Source: the human T2T-CHM13v2.0 reference genome, Homo sapiens | NCBI RefSeq assembly: GCF_009914755.1 | Contig: NC_060927.1 | Length of the DNA: 64,000 nt | Reading direction: 5' to 3' (one strand) | Shown here: positions 13,241 through 26,380 of the stretch, one piece after another | Layout: every line of letters begins with the position of its first letter | How positions within the stretch are numbered: the stretch's first letter is position 1 | Made by a program: the position numbers and the translations under genes | The notes under the pieces: generated by a model | The model's database searches: none | The model's input: the letters and a program-made list of their open reading frames with translations, nothing else | What the model was told of the DNA's origin: nothing

Positions 13241-14150
13241 AGCAGTGTGGAGGTTCCAGTCAGTGTCTGGGGTCTACACAGGCCAGCACAACATTTGCTG
13301 GACAGCCTAAAACACAGCACTGCGCATCTGTCTGCCATTGGCTTTCGCCCACTGGTAATGCTGATTTAGAAGGAATTTGCAAACGTTATCTAGGTATCAG
13401 GAGCCTAACAAAGTAGGTCATCAATTAATTCAGCACTCCCTTCCTCGTGGAGGAAGTAAATGCCAATCAGGGTGCAACCAAGACACACAGATTGTAAGAA
13501 TGCTGTGAGAATTGGGTGGAGGCTATGCATCTCAGTGAATTTGGTTGAGGCTATGGATCTGAGTGAGCTTGTGAATTCAGGGTTCAATCCTGACATATAG
13601 GATGCTAATGTGAAAATAGTATGATTAATTTGGAGGCTCACAGGGCAGGATATTTGAATTTACATGGACACTGCCAAAGCTTGTTAGGATTATCTGAGCC
13701 TATCAAAGCAGTGTTTATAAAACAACAGAGGCCTAGGGTAGTTCTGAGTTCACTTAAAAACACTCATTTTCTTTAGACTAGATTTAAACTTTTTAGGAGG
13801 AGAACACAACTTACAATGCCTAATGTAACGTAATGAGTATGCAACAGGAATCACAAAATACTTGAGGATTAAGGGCAGAAGCAGCATTTTAAGTCTCCTA
13901 GAATCTCTAATTTGCTTTTCACTCTGTTATTATTACCTCTACTTTTTTATTACTATTATGCACTTAGAAGTGATCTCATAAATACATGTTAAATTGAAGG
14001 TACTATACTCAGGTTAATATTTATCTAAAGGCCCTTATGAGCATATAAGTAAATATATTAATCAACAATATTAAAAAATCTATTTGATTATCCACAATTG
14101 AAACCTGAGTATATAAAAATAATCTCAAATTTCATTAAAAATCAATTATG

Positions 14151-14284
14151 GGCCAGGTGTGATGGCTCACGTCTGTAATCCCAGCACTTTGGGAGGGCGA
14201 GGCAGGTGGATCACAAGGTCAAGAGATCGAGACCATACTGGTCAACATGGTGAAACCCCGTTTCTATTAAAAATACAAAAATTA
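14151..14284 (+). mobile_element. AluSc left monomer only
   Basis: ggatcacaaggtcaagagatcgagaccat (Sc diagnostic); stops at the middle A-rich linker. Confidence 0.85.
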
Positions 14285-14620
14285 ATTCTTTGTATTTGTA
14301 ATTACCAATTCTTTTTCTATAGTATTCAGGCTTCATATATTAGATTAATCATATGAATTAAATTCGACTAATAAAATGAAATAATTTTTCTATAAAATTC
14401 ATCATGCTCTGTGTGCATAATTTACAGAACCAACAAATGTAGAATCAGCACACTTAGGACAACATTAAGGGATCCTTGCACACAATCATCTGCTAAAGAG
14501 AAAGCTAAAGTTTGCATCATTCTCCTTCTGAGTTGTGCCTAGTTCATGGCTTTCCTACTGAAAAAGAGTGAAAGAGGCATTACTTTACCACTTTATACTT
14601 TACTGGAATTTTTCCATAGT

Positions 14621-14958
14621 CCCTTCCTTCCGTCCCTTCTTTCCTTCCTTCCTTCCTTCCTTCCTCCCTCCCTCCCTCCCTCCCTTCCTTCCTTCCTCTC
14701 CTCCTCCTCTGTCTTCTTCTTCTTTCTTCTTCTTCTTGCTGCTGCTGCTGCTTCTTCTTCTGCTGCTGATTCTTCTCTTCTTCTTTCATTTCTTCTTTCC
14801 CTCCTCCTCCTCCTCTTTCTTCCTCTTCTTCTTCTTCTTCTCCTTCTCCTTCTCCTTCTCCTTCTCCTTCTCCTTCTCCTTCTCCTTCTCCTTCTCCTTC
14901 TTCTTCTTCTTCTTCTTCTTCTTCTTCTTCTTCTTCTTCCTTCTTTCTTCTTCTTTGC
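14621..14958. repeat. Compound polypyrimidine microsatellite (CCTT/CCCT/CTT/CTG/CTTCTC)n
   Basis: Directly visible; abuts the 3' end of the L1 at 14960. Confidence 0.97.
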
Positions 14959-14959
14959 T

Positions 14960-17497
14960 TTCATTTTTGTTCTGGGGCTACATGTGCAGGTTTGTTATAT
15001 AGGTAAATTGTGTGACATTGAGGTTTGGTGTATGAATGATCCCAAGTACTGAGCATAATATTCAATAGGTAGCCTTCCAACCCACACTTCCCTCCCACTC
15101 TTGAGCTTCAAACAGTCCTCAATGTCTCTTGTTTCCATATTTGTGTCCATGAATATTTAATGTTTATCTCCCACTTATAAGTGAAAACATGAAGTATTTG
15201 GTTTCCTGTTTCTGTGTTAGTTTGCTTAGGATAATGACCTTCATCTCCATTCATGTTGCTGCAAAGGACATGATTTTGTTCTTTTTTATGGCTGCAGAGC
15301 ATTTCATGGTGTATATGTACCACATTTTCTTTTTTTTAATGTTTTGCTCTCTGCACAATATTATATACAGTACCTAATTTTTAAAAAAATATGATAACTT
15401 TTCTTCCAATGCATATTTATTATAGGGGACATATTTTGGTCTTTATGGAATTGTGTCAAATATATATTCTCTCATGTGTTATTTTATGAGAAGTTGTATA
15501 TATCACTCAACTGTGCCCAATGAGCATTAAATGAGGATGCAAAGGTCCAATGTAAAAGTTCATTGCATCTCTATCTAAAAAGAATTTTAATAGCTTTAAT
15601 GGTAGCTGTAGATAACAACAAACAACAGTTCTATCTTCAAATATACTTCATTACATGTGACTTCATTACCATTACCAAGATGGTCATGCCAATTTCAATC
15701 CAAGGTGTACTGTACACATTTTCTTTATCCAGTCCAGCACTGATGGGCATCTTGGTTGATTCCATGTCTTCACTATTGTGAATAATGTTGCAATGAACAT
15801 ATGAGTGCATGTCTTTTTGCTAGAATGATTTATTTTCCTTTGAGTATATACCCAGTAGTGAGATTGAGGATTGAATCGTACTTCTGTTTTAAGTTCTTTG
15901 AGAAATCTCCAAACTGCTTTCCACAGCAGCTGAACTAATTTACATTCACACCATCAGTGTCTGAGCATACACTTTTCTCTGCAGCCTCACCAGAGTCTTT
16001 TTTTTCACTTTTTAGTAGTCATTCTGACTGGTGTTAGATGGTATTTCATTCAATCAAAATACAAATCATATTTTGATTTGTATTTGTCTGATGATTAGTG
16101 ATATTGAACATTTTTTCATATAGTTGCCAGCCATTTATATGTCTTCTTTTGAGAAGTGTCTGTACATGTCCTTTGTCCATTTTTTAATGGCATTGTTTGT
16201 TTTTGTTTGTTGAATTAAGTTTCTTATTGATTCTGGATATTAGACCTTTGCTGGATGCATGCTGGATATTAGACCTTTGCTGGATTCATGGTTTGTGAGT
16301 ATTTTCTCCTATTCTGCAGGTTGTCTGTTTACTCTGTTGATTGTTTATTTTGCTGTGAAGAATCTCTTCAGCTTAAATATGTCCCCCTTTGTTGATTTTT
16401 TCTTGTCGTAATTGCTTTTGGTCACTTAGTCATAAATTCTTTCCCAAGGCCAAGTACAGAATGGTATTTCCTAAAATTTCATTTGGGGTTTAATTGTTTG
16501 AGGTCTTGCATTTAAGTATTTAATCCATCTTGACTTAATTTTTGTACATAGTGAAAGGTAGGGTTCCAGTTTCATTCTTCTGCATATGGCTGACCAGTTA
16601 CTCCAGCATCATTTATTGAAAATGGAGTCATTTGCCCATTGTTTGTTATTGTCAACTTCATCAAAAATCAGGTGGTTTTAAGTGTGTGACTTTATTTTTA
16701 GGTTCTCTATCCTGTTCCATTGGCTTATGTGTCTGTTTAGTACAACAGTACCACCATACTGTTGTGGTTACTGTAGTATAGCTTGAAGTTTGGTAGCATG
16801 ATGCCTTTGGCTTAGAATTGCTTTGGCTATCCGAGCGGTTTTTTGATTCCATATAAATTTAGACTAGTTTTTTTCTAATTCCGTGAAAAATGAGGTTGGT
16901 AGTTTGATAGGAACATGGTTGATTTTACAGATTGCTTTGGGCAGTCTGGCCATTTTAACAATGGTGATTCTTCCTATTTATGAGCTTGGAATGTTTTTCA
17001 GTTGTTTGTTTTGTTTCAGATTTCTTTCAGCAACGTTTTGTAATTCTTAAAAGATCTTCCACCTCCTTGATAAGCTGTATTTCTACATATTGTATTCTTT
17101 TTGTGGTTTTTGTAAATGGGTTTGCATTCTTGATTTGGTGCTCAGCTTGAATGTTGTTATATAAATGCCAGGTATTTTTTGTGCATTTATTTTGTATCTT
17201 AAAACGTTACGGAAGTTTTTTTTTTTTTTTTTTTTATCAGTTGTAGGAGCCTTATGTTGAAGTCTATAGGGCTTTCTATGTATGGAATCATATGGTCTAT
17301 GAAGAGAGATAGTTTGGCTTCCTCCTTTCCTATTTTGGATACCTGATAGTTCTGGCTAGGACTTCCAGTAGTATGTTGAATAAGAGTGGTGAGAATGAGC
17401 ATCCTTGTCTTGTTCCAGCTCTCAAGGGGAATGCTTCTAGATTTTGCCTGTTTAGTGTGATGTTGGCTGTGACTTTGTCATATATGTCTCTTATAGT
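14960..17497 (-). mobile_element. 5'-truncated L1PA16/17-like element with a 382-bp insert at 15333-15714
   Basis: 3' UTR tacatgtgcaggtttgttatataggtaaattg; ORF2 antisense through about 17497. Confidence 0.92.
15333..15714 (-). other. Non-repeat insert flanked by a 12-bp TSD (probable retrocopy or orphan transduction)
   Basis: cacattttcttt at 15321-15332 and 15715-15726; T-run at the left edge; L1 resumes in register on both sides. Confidence 0.8.
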
Positions 17498-19980
17498 TTG
17501 AACAGGCAGTCAATGAGATAAAACATGATTTTTAGATTTTGCATCATCTGATACCATTAGTCTCCAGATTATATTGAACTTAAATTTGATCAACCTAAAT
17601 ATTAGGATACATATTTATTTTTAAATTCCGGTTCCACAGAGTAATTACATGTACTCTAGAAGTTTAAAACCTAAAACAGACAAAGCTGAACTAAACAACA
17701 GGGATTTGTGTCTTCATCTTTTTGTATCTCTTAAAATGCTGCAAAACATTAGATGATAAATAGTTGTGGAATTGATATTACTTCACTGTACATTTAATTT
17801 GCCTTAAATTTATTACATAAAAACTCATACTATAAAAAATAGTAGATTTAAATGGTATTTTCTTGACAAAAGAAATCTCAGATTGCATTAGTATCAATTA
17901 CCTTAGCATGGTTACAAATATGAAAATTACATATGATTCTATATATTAAAAATTTGTGCAAATTTGTTTTCAGTTGTGTGTCAAATTGAGTTTAAATATT
18001 GTTCTCTTCCAGCGTCTCTGTCACAAATTCATCCATCTTTAAATGATACCACATTAGTCTTCCTAAAGCATGAGTCTAAATATTCACTTTATACCTCAAC
18101 TTCCTTTATTGGATTTTCATTATTTAAACATTCTATACCAAGAACACTCTTGGGGAATTCATCATGATCAGCCATGCATCCCCTACTTACATTTCCATTC
18201 TTCTTTCCCAAGGCTTCTTTTTTTCATTCTGTACTTCCACCAAAATAGGCTACTCATTTTACCTAGAACACATCCCAAATTTCCTGCCCTTGTTTTTCCA
18301 TGCTAATCCACCTACTCTTATATCATTTCCTTACTTCTGCTGCCAACTTATTATCCATTCTTCAAAAGCTCAAATGTCTTTCCACATACTTTTAAACTTG
18401 ATTCAATTTTTCTTACTATTAATTATCTTAATTAGTCATTTATGCCATTTGCACATTCTACAATTTACTTTGGTTATACAGATATTTGCATTAGGGTTTC
18501 TCATCATTCTTCAATCTACAGAAGTAGTGGAGAATTTTGCTCACTTAATATTGAGCTCAATAAATATTGCTGAATTTAACTGAGGATCAAGGATGCTTTT
18601 GTGGAATGATTAAATGAATAGTATAAGGAAAGAAATGACAGACATATATGGGCATATTTATCATGAATACCCCTAAATGAAATGGAGAGGAACATATAAC
18701 TTGGTTACAGAGGATGTGGCCATTATGCAAGCTAGGACAGTCACATCCAATTTCAGATACATCCTTAGCTCTTTACCTCAGAAGTATGCATTGCATTGGG
18801 CAGAGGTCACGATTCATCCATCTTTAAATTCATTTTCTAGCATATGGAAGGTGTTAAGTAAATACACATTTAATGAATGTATATAACATCCTGCTGCAGT
18901 ATGATTTCTGTCATCAAGATGTGAGTCAAGATTTTGAACTCAAAAATTAGCACAATAATATCCCCACCTGGAAATAGTATTATCTGTGTGTACTTCTCCA
19001 CTCAAGATAAAAAATACATGCTAACTATATCATTAAACAATGTTTAAGACTGATCATCATTGGTGGGTTCATCTTGGACTTTTCAAAAACATTCAAGAAT
19101 GCACTAACCAAGAATGAATAACTTTTATTCAGAATTTATGTTATTACTTAAAATGTTTAAAGCCATATCATCCATAGTATTTTGAGAACTAAACTGCCTT
19201 CCTTTTTAAAAAAAATTTCCAGTGGTTGCCTTACTCAGGACATGCAATCACAACATTGACTCATGATACTTAAGACTTTAGTTATTTAAAAAACAAAATT
19301 TGGGAGCTACTTTTTATTTCAAAGTAATGCATTTATTCAAAAATTATTACAAAATACATGTGAAAGATTAAGAAAACAATGTTATAACATAATCACTGAA
19401 AGATAATCATCATTACATATTTTGGTGCATATATTTCTAGCTACTTTATGCATATTTGTATAATTTTATTTTTTCCCACAAAATCAGAAACATATCTTAA
19501 ACCATCTTTTTCACTGAAATTTCCATTTAAAATAGCTTTCAATACAAATAAATACACTTCTGTAATATTAATGGCAGAATGCATGTGGTTTATTTTATTT
19601 ATTTTACTGCTTTAGGTAATTAATTCTTCAGGCTAAATCTTTGTATAAGAAGTGTTTGATTATCTTCTAGGATAAGATCTTGGAAATGAAATGTTGCTTC
19701 AAATGTCCCCGTTACTCTACATCTTCACATTTGAGGATTTATTTGTGTCTATGTAAGGCTTCTTGTCTGGATCATTTCATAACTGGAATCCTTGGTACCA
19801 TATCAATTAAGACAAAATAATAAAAAGAGGACTCTAAATTATGCCAACAGTCCACTTACCTATGAGGCTGAAAGCCACTGTCTAAGTAATTGCCAATGCT
19901 GTACTTCTTTTCTTTTCTATCAGAATTTGGACTCAACTATTAAAGTTAAGTTGTTTTCAATTAAACAAAGAAAACCTGAC

Positions 19981-20358
19981 TGTATTAGTTTGCTTGTACC
20001 AACCAAGTCCTATATATTGAGAGGCTTAAACAACAGAAACTTATTTCCTCACAGTTCTGAAGACTAGAAGTCCAAGACCAAAGTGTCAGCAATGTTGGTT
20101 TCTTCTGAGGGCCTCTCTGCTTAACTTGCAGCTGACAATCTTTTTCTGTTGTCTTCACTTGGTCCTTCCATTCTGTCTGTGTCTAAATTTCCTCTTCTTA
20201 TAAGGATAACCATCATATTGGTTAGGGCCCACTCTAATGACCTCCTTTAAAATTAATGACCTCTTTAAAGGCCCTATCTTCAAATACAGTCATGTCCCGG
20301 TGTAATGAGGGTTACGACTTCAACATATGAATTTGGGGATGATAATTCATTCGATAAT
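19981..20358 (-). mobile_element. MLT1A0/MLT1B-type solo LTR
   Basis: tgtattagtttgct...ggcttaaacaacagaaacttatttcctcacagttctg; ggccctatcttcaaatacagtca. Confidence 0.85.
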
Positions 20359-20479
20359 ACTTACAATTTTGTATCATCTCTTCTAGTAAGTGAATAGTAG
20401 TCCTTGTATTATTCTAAAGTATGATGATAAAGGATTTCAGATAGCCATATTTCATCAATCAATAAAAAAAAATCTTTCC

Positions 20480-20612
20480 ACACTTCATTGATAAGATTCA
20501 TGAGAGTGGGGACTGGGTCTGTCTTCATTATTATTCCCATTGGCAAATATATTGTCTAAAACAGAATGGGTACATAGTGAACATTTGTGAATTAGATGAA
20601 TAAATGAAAGAA
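20480..20612 (+). mobile_element. L2 3' end
   Basis: catgagagtggggact..tgtctt and tgaataaatgaa terminal repeat. Confidence 0.55.
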
Positions 20613-22036
20613 ATATCCATTTACTTAAGAAACTGTGATAATTAGTGCTAGGGAAAAATCAAGGAAGTGTTGTGTCACTTTCAAAGACTGTGCAATATCA
20701 AGGGAAGGCTTACAGCATTTGAAGTCAGATAATAAAGCCATATTGCAAATTAAAATGCCCTCAAGGGGTAGGCAAGTAATTTAAATGTGTGAAGCAGATA
20801 TGAGTAAGAAAATAAGGAATGATAGGGGCCTTCTATTAACTAGACAATCAGTATTAATCTTAAAGGTAATTAAATTATACTTTCTTTAAAAATCAGCAAT
20901 AATACTGTACTTTTAAATGAAATATGTCTGAGAATTTACTTAGAACCACAATGTGTCAGTTCTTGACTTTTGTTTAGGATATGCAGTTGCATCATTTTAC
21001 AAATCAACTAAAAACATCATTGAAATCAAATGGCTAATGAATAGCACAGATTCTGCAATATTTGTGGTAGGCACTGACTGATCTGAGAAAAGACAATAGA
21101 ACTAACAGTTCATTTTGTCCATCAAACCATTGCCAAATGGAAATGTAATCTAAGCAATCTCGAAATGTCTTCACTGGTTTAAAACATGTGAGTAATTCTA
21201 CATTGAAATCTTTACCAATTTCTAGACTCTCTTATTAGTTATAAAAACTATTATAGTAAACCTCTAAATTGTTTCCCAATTGTGTTATATGTGTCTATGA
21301 ATCCATTGCTTTTTACCCAGACAATTTTTTAAATGTCTCCATTGTTCTGCAGCAGGTTATTATTTCAATTATTTACAGAGATCTACATGGTTAAAAAAAA
21401 TCACTTCAGATCAATTCCCATAAACTAACATTACATCTCGCTTTTTCATAGCCTCTATCAATTCCCTTCCTGTTGTGCTATATGTCTCAGCCAAAGGAGT
21501 ATATTTATCAGATGTTGAATGAATTCCTCTACCAAAACATATTCTCTCACAAAAGAGAAAGTAAGTGATGAGTACTTTATACTCTACTTTAGGCCCAGCA
21601 TTTGATTTAACCTAGGGCTATATGTACATATAAATTTTCATGGACACATTTAATACATTTCCATTTTTATAGCCCTCTCAAACTTTTCAAATAGAAGTGA
21701 AGGGCTGTTTAATCCCTTCTCTTTGAGAGATTTAGGAATATAATATATGTGTATACAACCTGACTTGCTGGCTCTACATTTGGCTTTTTTTGAATCAGAT
21801 ATTAATTTGAGAAGACAGTTTAATATTTTCAATAAATATTACATGTTGCTGTTTCACACAAGAGGGATTTGTCTTCTCTGAATTAATTTAGTAACCTGAA
21901 AGGTTTCAGATGGTAGAACATTCATTTAGATGCAAAATCACAAGGTACAGTCAGAAGCAATGGAAACCTCTCTAATGCTCAGTTGAGGACCCTGCTGGGC
22001 TAAAATGTCTCTACACATTTTCCTTCTCATATTTAG

Positions 22037-22430
22037 GAGAACTGTAAATCGCTGGAAACAGCTACTTCATTTCTGTTCTCTGGCCAGTGCTTGAATCCCA
22101 GGAGACATTCCAGGGTGTATGGGTTTGATGTCTTCAGCACATCCTCCAGAGGACTCTCTATACATACCACAGTTGAACTGGCTGCCTTTGTAAGAAGTTT
22201 TGATCCAGCAATAAGATTGCATTATCTCTTTTCCCTGGAGAGAAAGATCCCGTTTGATCAAGTTTACAGTCACCTCAGGGTCAGCAGGGAGCATTTTGCA
22301 TTATGTCTTGCTGGCTCTTCCGCAGCCTGCAGTGGAGTCCATCTGCTCTCCTGACAGTACCCGTTTAAACTTGAGCAGCAGCATTAAGAAGGGAGGGGTC
22401 AGGAAAGGGATGAAGCATAAAGAAATCCAG
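22037..22430 (+). other. Candidate (non-coding?) exon
   Basis: Acceptor tctctacacattttccttctcatatttAG at 22035-36; donor CAG|GTATGA at 22431; GC higher than flanks. Confidence 0.25.
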
Positions 22431-22555
22431 GTATGAATTGGTGACCAGATGTTTCAGTTGGAGGGAGCAATGTCCAATCTATTGTTAGAAATTCCCATTT
22501 CAGTGTTGCTTAACTATACTAGTTTTCAGCACCCCAGTATTTTATGTTCTCTCAG

Positions 22556-22606
22556 GTTTAGGGTTAATTACCATTCTTCTTTAGAAGCACATTTTGAGGA
22601 CATCAG
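22556..22606 (+). other. Candidate 51-nt exon
   Basis: Acceptor tattttatgttctctcAG at 22554-55; consensus donor CAG|GTGAGT at 22607. Confidence 0.3.
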
Positions 22607-23237
22607 GTGAGTGAAGAGATTTTCCTGCCCTATCAGAGTGGTTTTCTTCCAGGAAAATTCCATCTTTCTATTAAAATAAATTTCACACTAAAAACTTGCA
22701 TTAAAATATTTTTAAAGAAAAATATCAGTATTTCATTTTATAGTAATCGCTATGAAAGTATGAAACCATTCTATGAAGCACTTACTTTGCCTATGGAAAG
22801 TTGTTTCATGTACATTTCTAAAGCATTAACAAATCACAACACATACAGTGTCATGGACGATTAGAAAATTATTAGCTAATTAATTTTTATTAGCCAAAAA
22901 AACCCCTCAAAAATTAACATACATGGCTTTCTTTTCTCCTGGATCTCATCATGTTCTTTTGAGAGATTTTTCCTTTGGTGATTAGCAGAAGATATTTCTC
23001 TAGATTCCAAAATGAGGAGTAACATTACTGATGTTAGGAGATCTACTCATGCAAAATGCTGCTGATTGTGCTAGAAAGGACAGTGAGAGTCAGGGAAATT
23101 TATTCCTCTAACCCTGATTATATCTTCAGTTTAATATGTAGGCAGCACTGAATTCACTGCCTTGTACTAAATAAATGCCTGTGACTCATTTTCTTCAACT
23201 GTTCACTGAGAGAATTTAGAGAATTGTTAGACTGGAA

Positions 23238-23366
23238 CCTTGCTTTTCAAAGCATAGGCTGCAGATCAGGAGCCTGTCCACAGAGCCCAGAGCCACTGAT
23301 TCAGAATCTGCAATTTAACAAGTTCTCCTTATTATTCATATGCACATTAGAGTTTAAGAAGCAGTG
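23238..23366. mobile_element. MER5-family hAT fragment
   Basis: actgattcagaatctgcaatttaacaag...ttcatatgcacattagagtttaagaagcagtg. Confidence 0.6.
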
Positions 23367-23953
23367 TGTCAATTAACTTCAAGGACCTCTTCTTCAACAA
23401 TCCCTAATTTCATGGGATAAAAATCTCATAGGGTATTGATATTTTGGCAGGGTGTCCCAATTTAGCTCAAAGTAAGATTCGTGTTCTTGCTCTTTGCAGA
23501 ACTGGAATGCAGGTGAACACTTAGGACATTTGTTTTTTCACATGAATTTACATGTATGGTGTTTTTGTGTTAAGGCTGAAGATCAGAGTTGTCAGGAGAA
23601 AAGATGATCATGGCAAAGACAATGGAGGGAGTGAGATGACCTTTATTCTCAGGCTGTCTTCGTGAACTAGTTTTAAATTCTAAAAGAAAACACATGACCG
23701 GAAGTTGAATACCATCATTATAACCCATGATGATTTGGTCTTTGTCAACAATTCAGTGCAGAAATACCCTCCCCAGTTTCTTCAGTAATAGCCAGTAGCA
23801 GCATCAGTGACAATTGTGGAACAGCAGCCAATAACTGCTGTGCCCAGAAGACTATCAGGGAGTCATGGTCATGGAGTGTACCAATGAGTGTGGTACTAGC
23901 AATGAGCCTTCCTCTGATAGCCTTTGATTATTGCACTGAAGGGATATTACTAG

Positions 23954-24400
<447 letters not shown>

Positions 24401-26350
24401 CATACCTGAAAATATTTAAGTGAATGAAGCTTTTATCCAGCAAATTGTTCAAACCAAGAACTAGGAATAATCTTTGACTTCCCTTCTCCACCATTTCCAT
24501 ATGTAATCAACGACCATATCTGATCATTTAAAACTCTTAAATACTCTAATCAGTTTCTCTCTAATCCTATTACTTTCCCACTTCAGGGTAATATGTATCA
24601 GGAACAAGCTTGCAACTGGCCACCTTGAAAATGATTTTGTTTCCCTTAATCCATTTGTCATCATTTGGAAGTTCATTTTTAATCTTGTCCCTGAATAACT
24701 CTCTAGTTCTATCTTCTTCCATTCCCTTACAATGTATATGATATTTATGTGTATTAATTTTACTTTTAAATGTATTATACTTGTGTTTTAACTTTGAATC
24801 TTTCTACATGTTTTCACCAACTTAGTGGGCTATTCCTTCTCCATTTGAGCCAAGTATTCCTCATTCTTCAAGTCTTAACTTAGATGGAGTTTAAATAAAC
24901 TATGTATTTTGGACTCTACTAGGTAATTTTGACTCTCCATAACTTATGGAGCATATAACAGGTAGAGATTTCCTCTTCTCAGAGATCAGAAATAGCCCCC
25001 TAAAGATTTTCTCGGACCTTAATTAACGCTCCCATTTTTAACAATAAAATAGCTAATGGATTTTAAAGTGGACACCATCCTTTCAGGACTTTAATAAGTT
25101 GATGATACCTTTCCTTGATAGTATGACTCCTTAATAGAATAATCTCCAGTCACTTTTGTTCTGTCAAACATACAAAACATAAACTACAAGTAATTATAAG
25201 AAAATCTGAATGACTAAAAAGATGGGCTTGACTACTATTTCTAGTCAATCATATTCCCTGTGTTAATTGTTTATGCATGACTTTGAACATACAATAACAT
25301 TTAAAAAACCCAGTTAAGGGTTATTGGAATGGCTTTGTTTAACGTTTCTTGCTCTTCATAAACAGCTATCCTACACAGAAAGGTCGCAAAGAGTTTCAGC
25401 AGCCCTCTTCTCCATACTGATCCTCTTTACCTCTTATTACATAAACAAGACCAGTGACTTAGTAGGCTTTTCTCTCCCCCATATTGGACATAATTTCAAA
25501 AGAGAGGCTTTTAACCCACCGAACTAGGTCTGTGACTGCTCTCTGATTTCCCTTCACGTGGATTTCATGTAACCAATTATCTCCGATATTATTCTCATGG
25601 TACTGCACATAGGCTGTCTCTTGAGAGCCAAAATACCAAAAATCAAGTAAAGTAATCCAAGAGAACTGAAATTCTCATATTCTCCCACTCAAGGAAAATT
25701 TTTGTTATTTTTGCTTATTTTGGGAGCAATATTATACTATGTGGTAAACAGTTAATTTTCTATAAAAAAGACTCAAAGTCCTGCATATGTCCTCTCCCTT
25801 CGTAGTCGCACAATTTACGTTAAAGACAGACAGAAACAGTGAAATTCAGAGTATGTCATCTGTGCCTTTTTTTTTCTCTTTTTCTTTTCTTGGTGGTGGT
25901 GGTGGTGGTGGAGGAGGGTCCTTATTGACTACCAGGTGGATTTTTACCATAAATGGATATCATTTCAAACTGCTCTAACATTCACAGTTTTCAATATACA
26001 GAGAAATCTGAAGCCAAGTGAGCTCTTCTTCTTCCTCTTTTTCCTAGTGAACACTTTACGTAGCTATTATGAGATGGTGTCTTCAAAAATTCCTCTCTCT
26101 GAGATTCCTTTTACTGAATATAATATCCCTCCCTACTTGGAAATGTGAGAAGGCCTATATATTTCCCATTTCTTGACTGTTCTGGCAATTTTCCCTGAGA
26201 AGGAGGAAAAACCCTATAAAATTTCTTTTGGTCCCCAAAGCAGAAACATCTGCTGGAGTCATGAGTAGTTGGCGCTGCTGCTCAGCTCCAGCCTGGAGTT
26301 GATTATCTCTCCTGCTTTACCAGTGTTCGTGTAGTCAGTAAGGAACACAC

Positions 26351-26380
26351 GGGAAGTTTCTGGGAAGACTCATTATAAAT
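26351..26380 (+). promoter_or_regulatory. Overlapping NF-kB-like and STAT (GAS) motifs followed by TATAAAT
   Basis: GGGAAGTTTC 26351-26360, TTCTGGGAA 26358-26366, TATAAAT 26374-26380. Confidence 0.3.

Noticed and set aside
14546-15052. Long poly-Leu, poly-Arg and poly-Phe/Ser ORFs
   Set aside because: They are translations of the microsatellite.
19854-19861. Isolated consensus minus-strand donor (others near 43989 and 44630)
   Set aside because: No matching strong acceptor or ORF; such hexamers are common.
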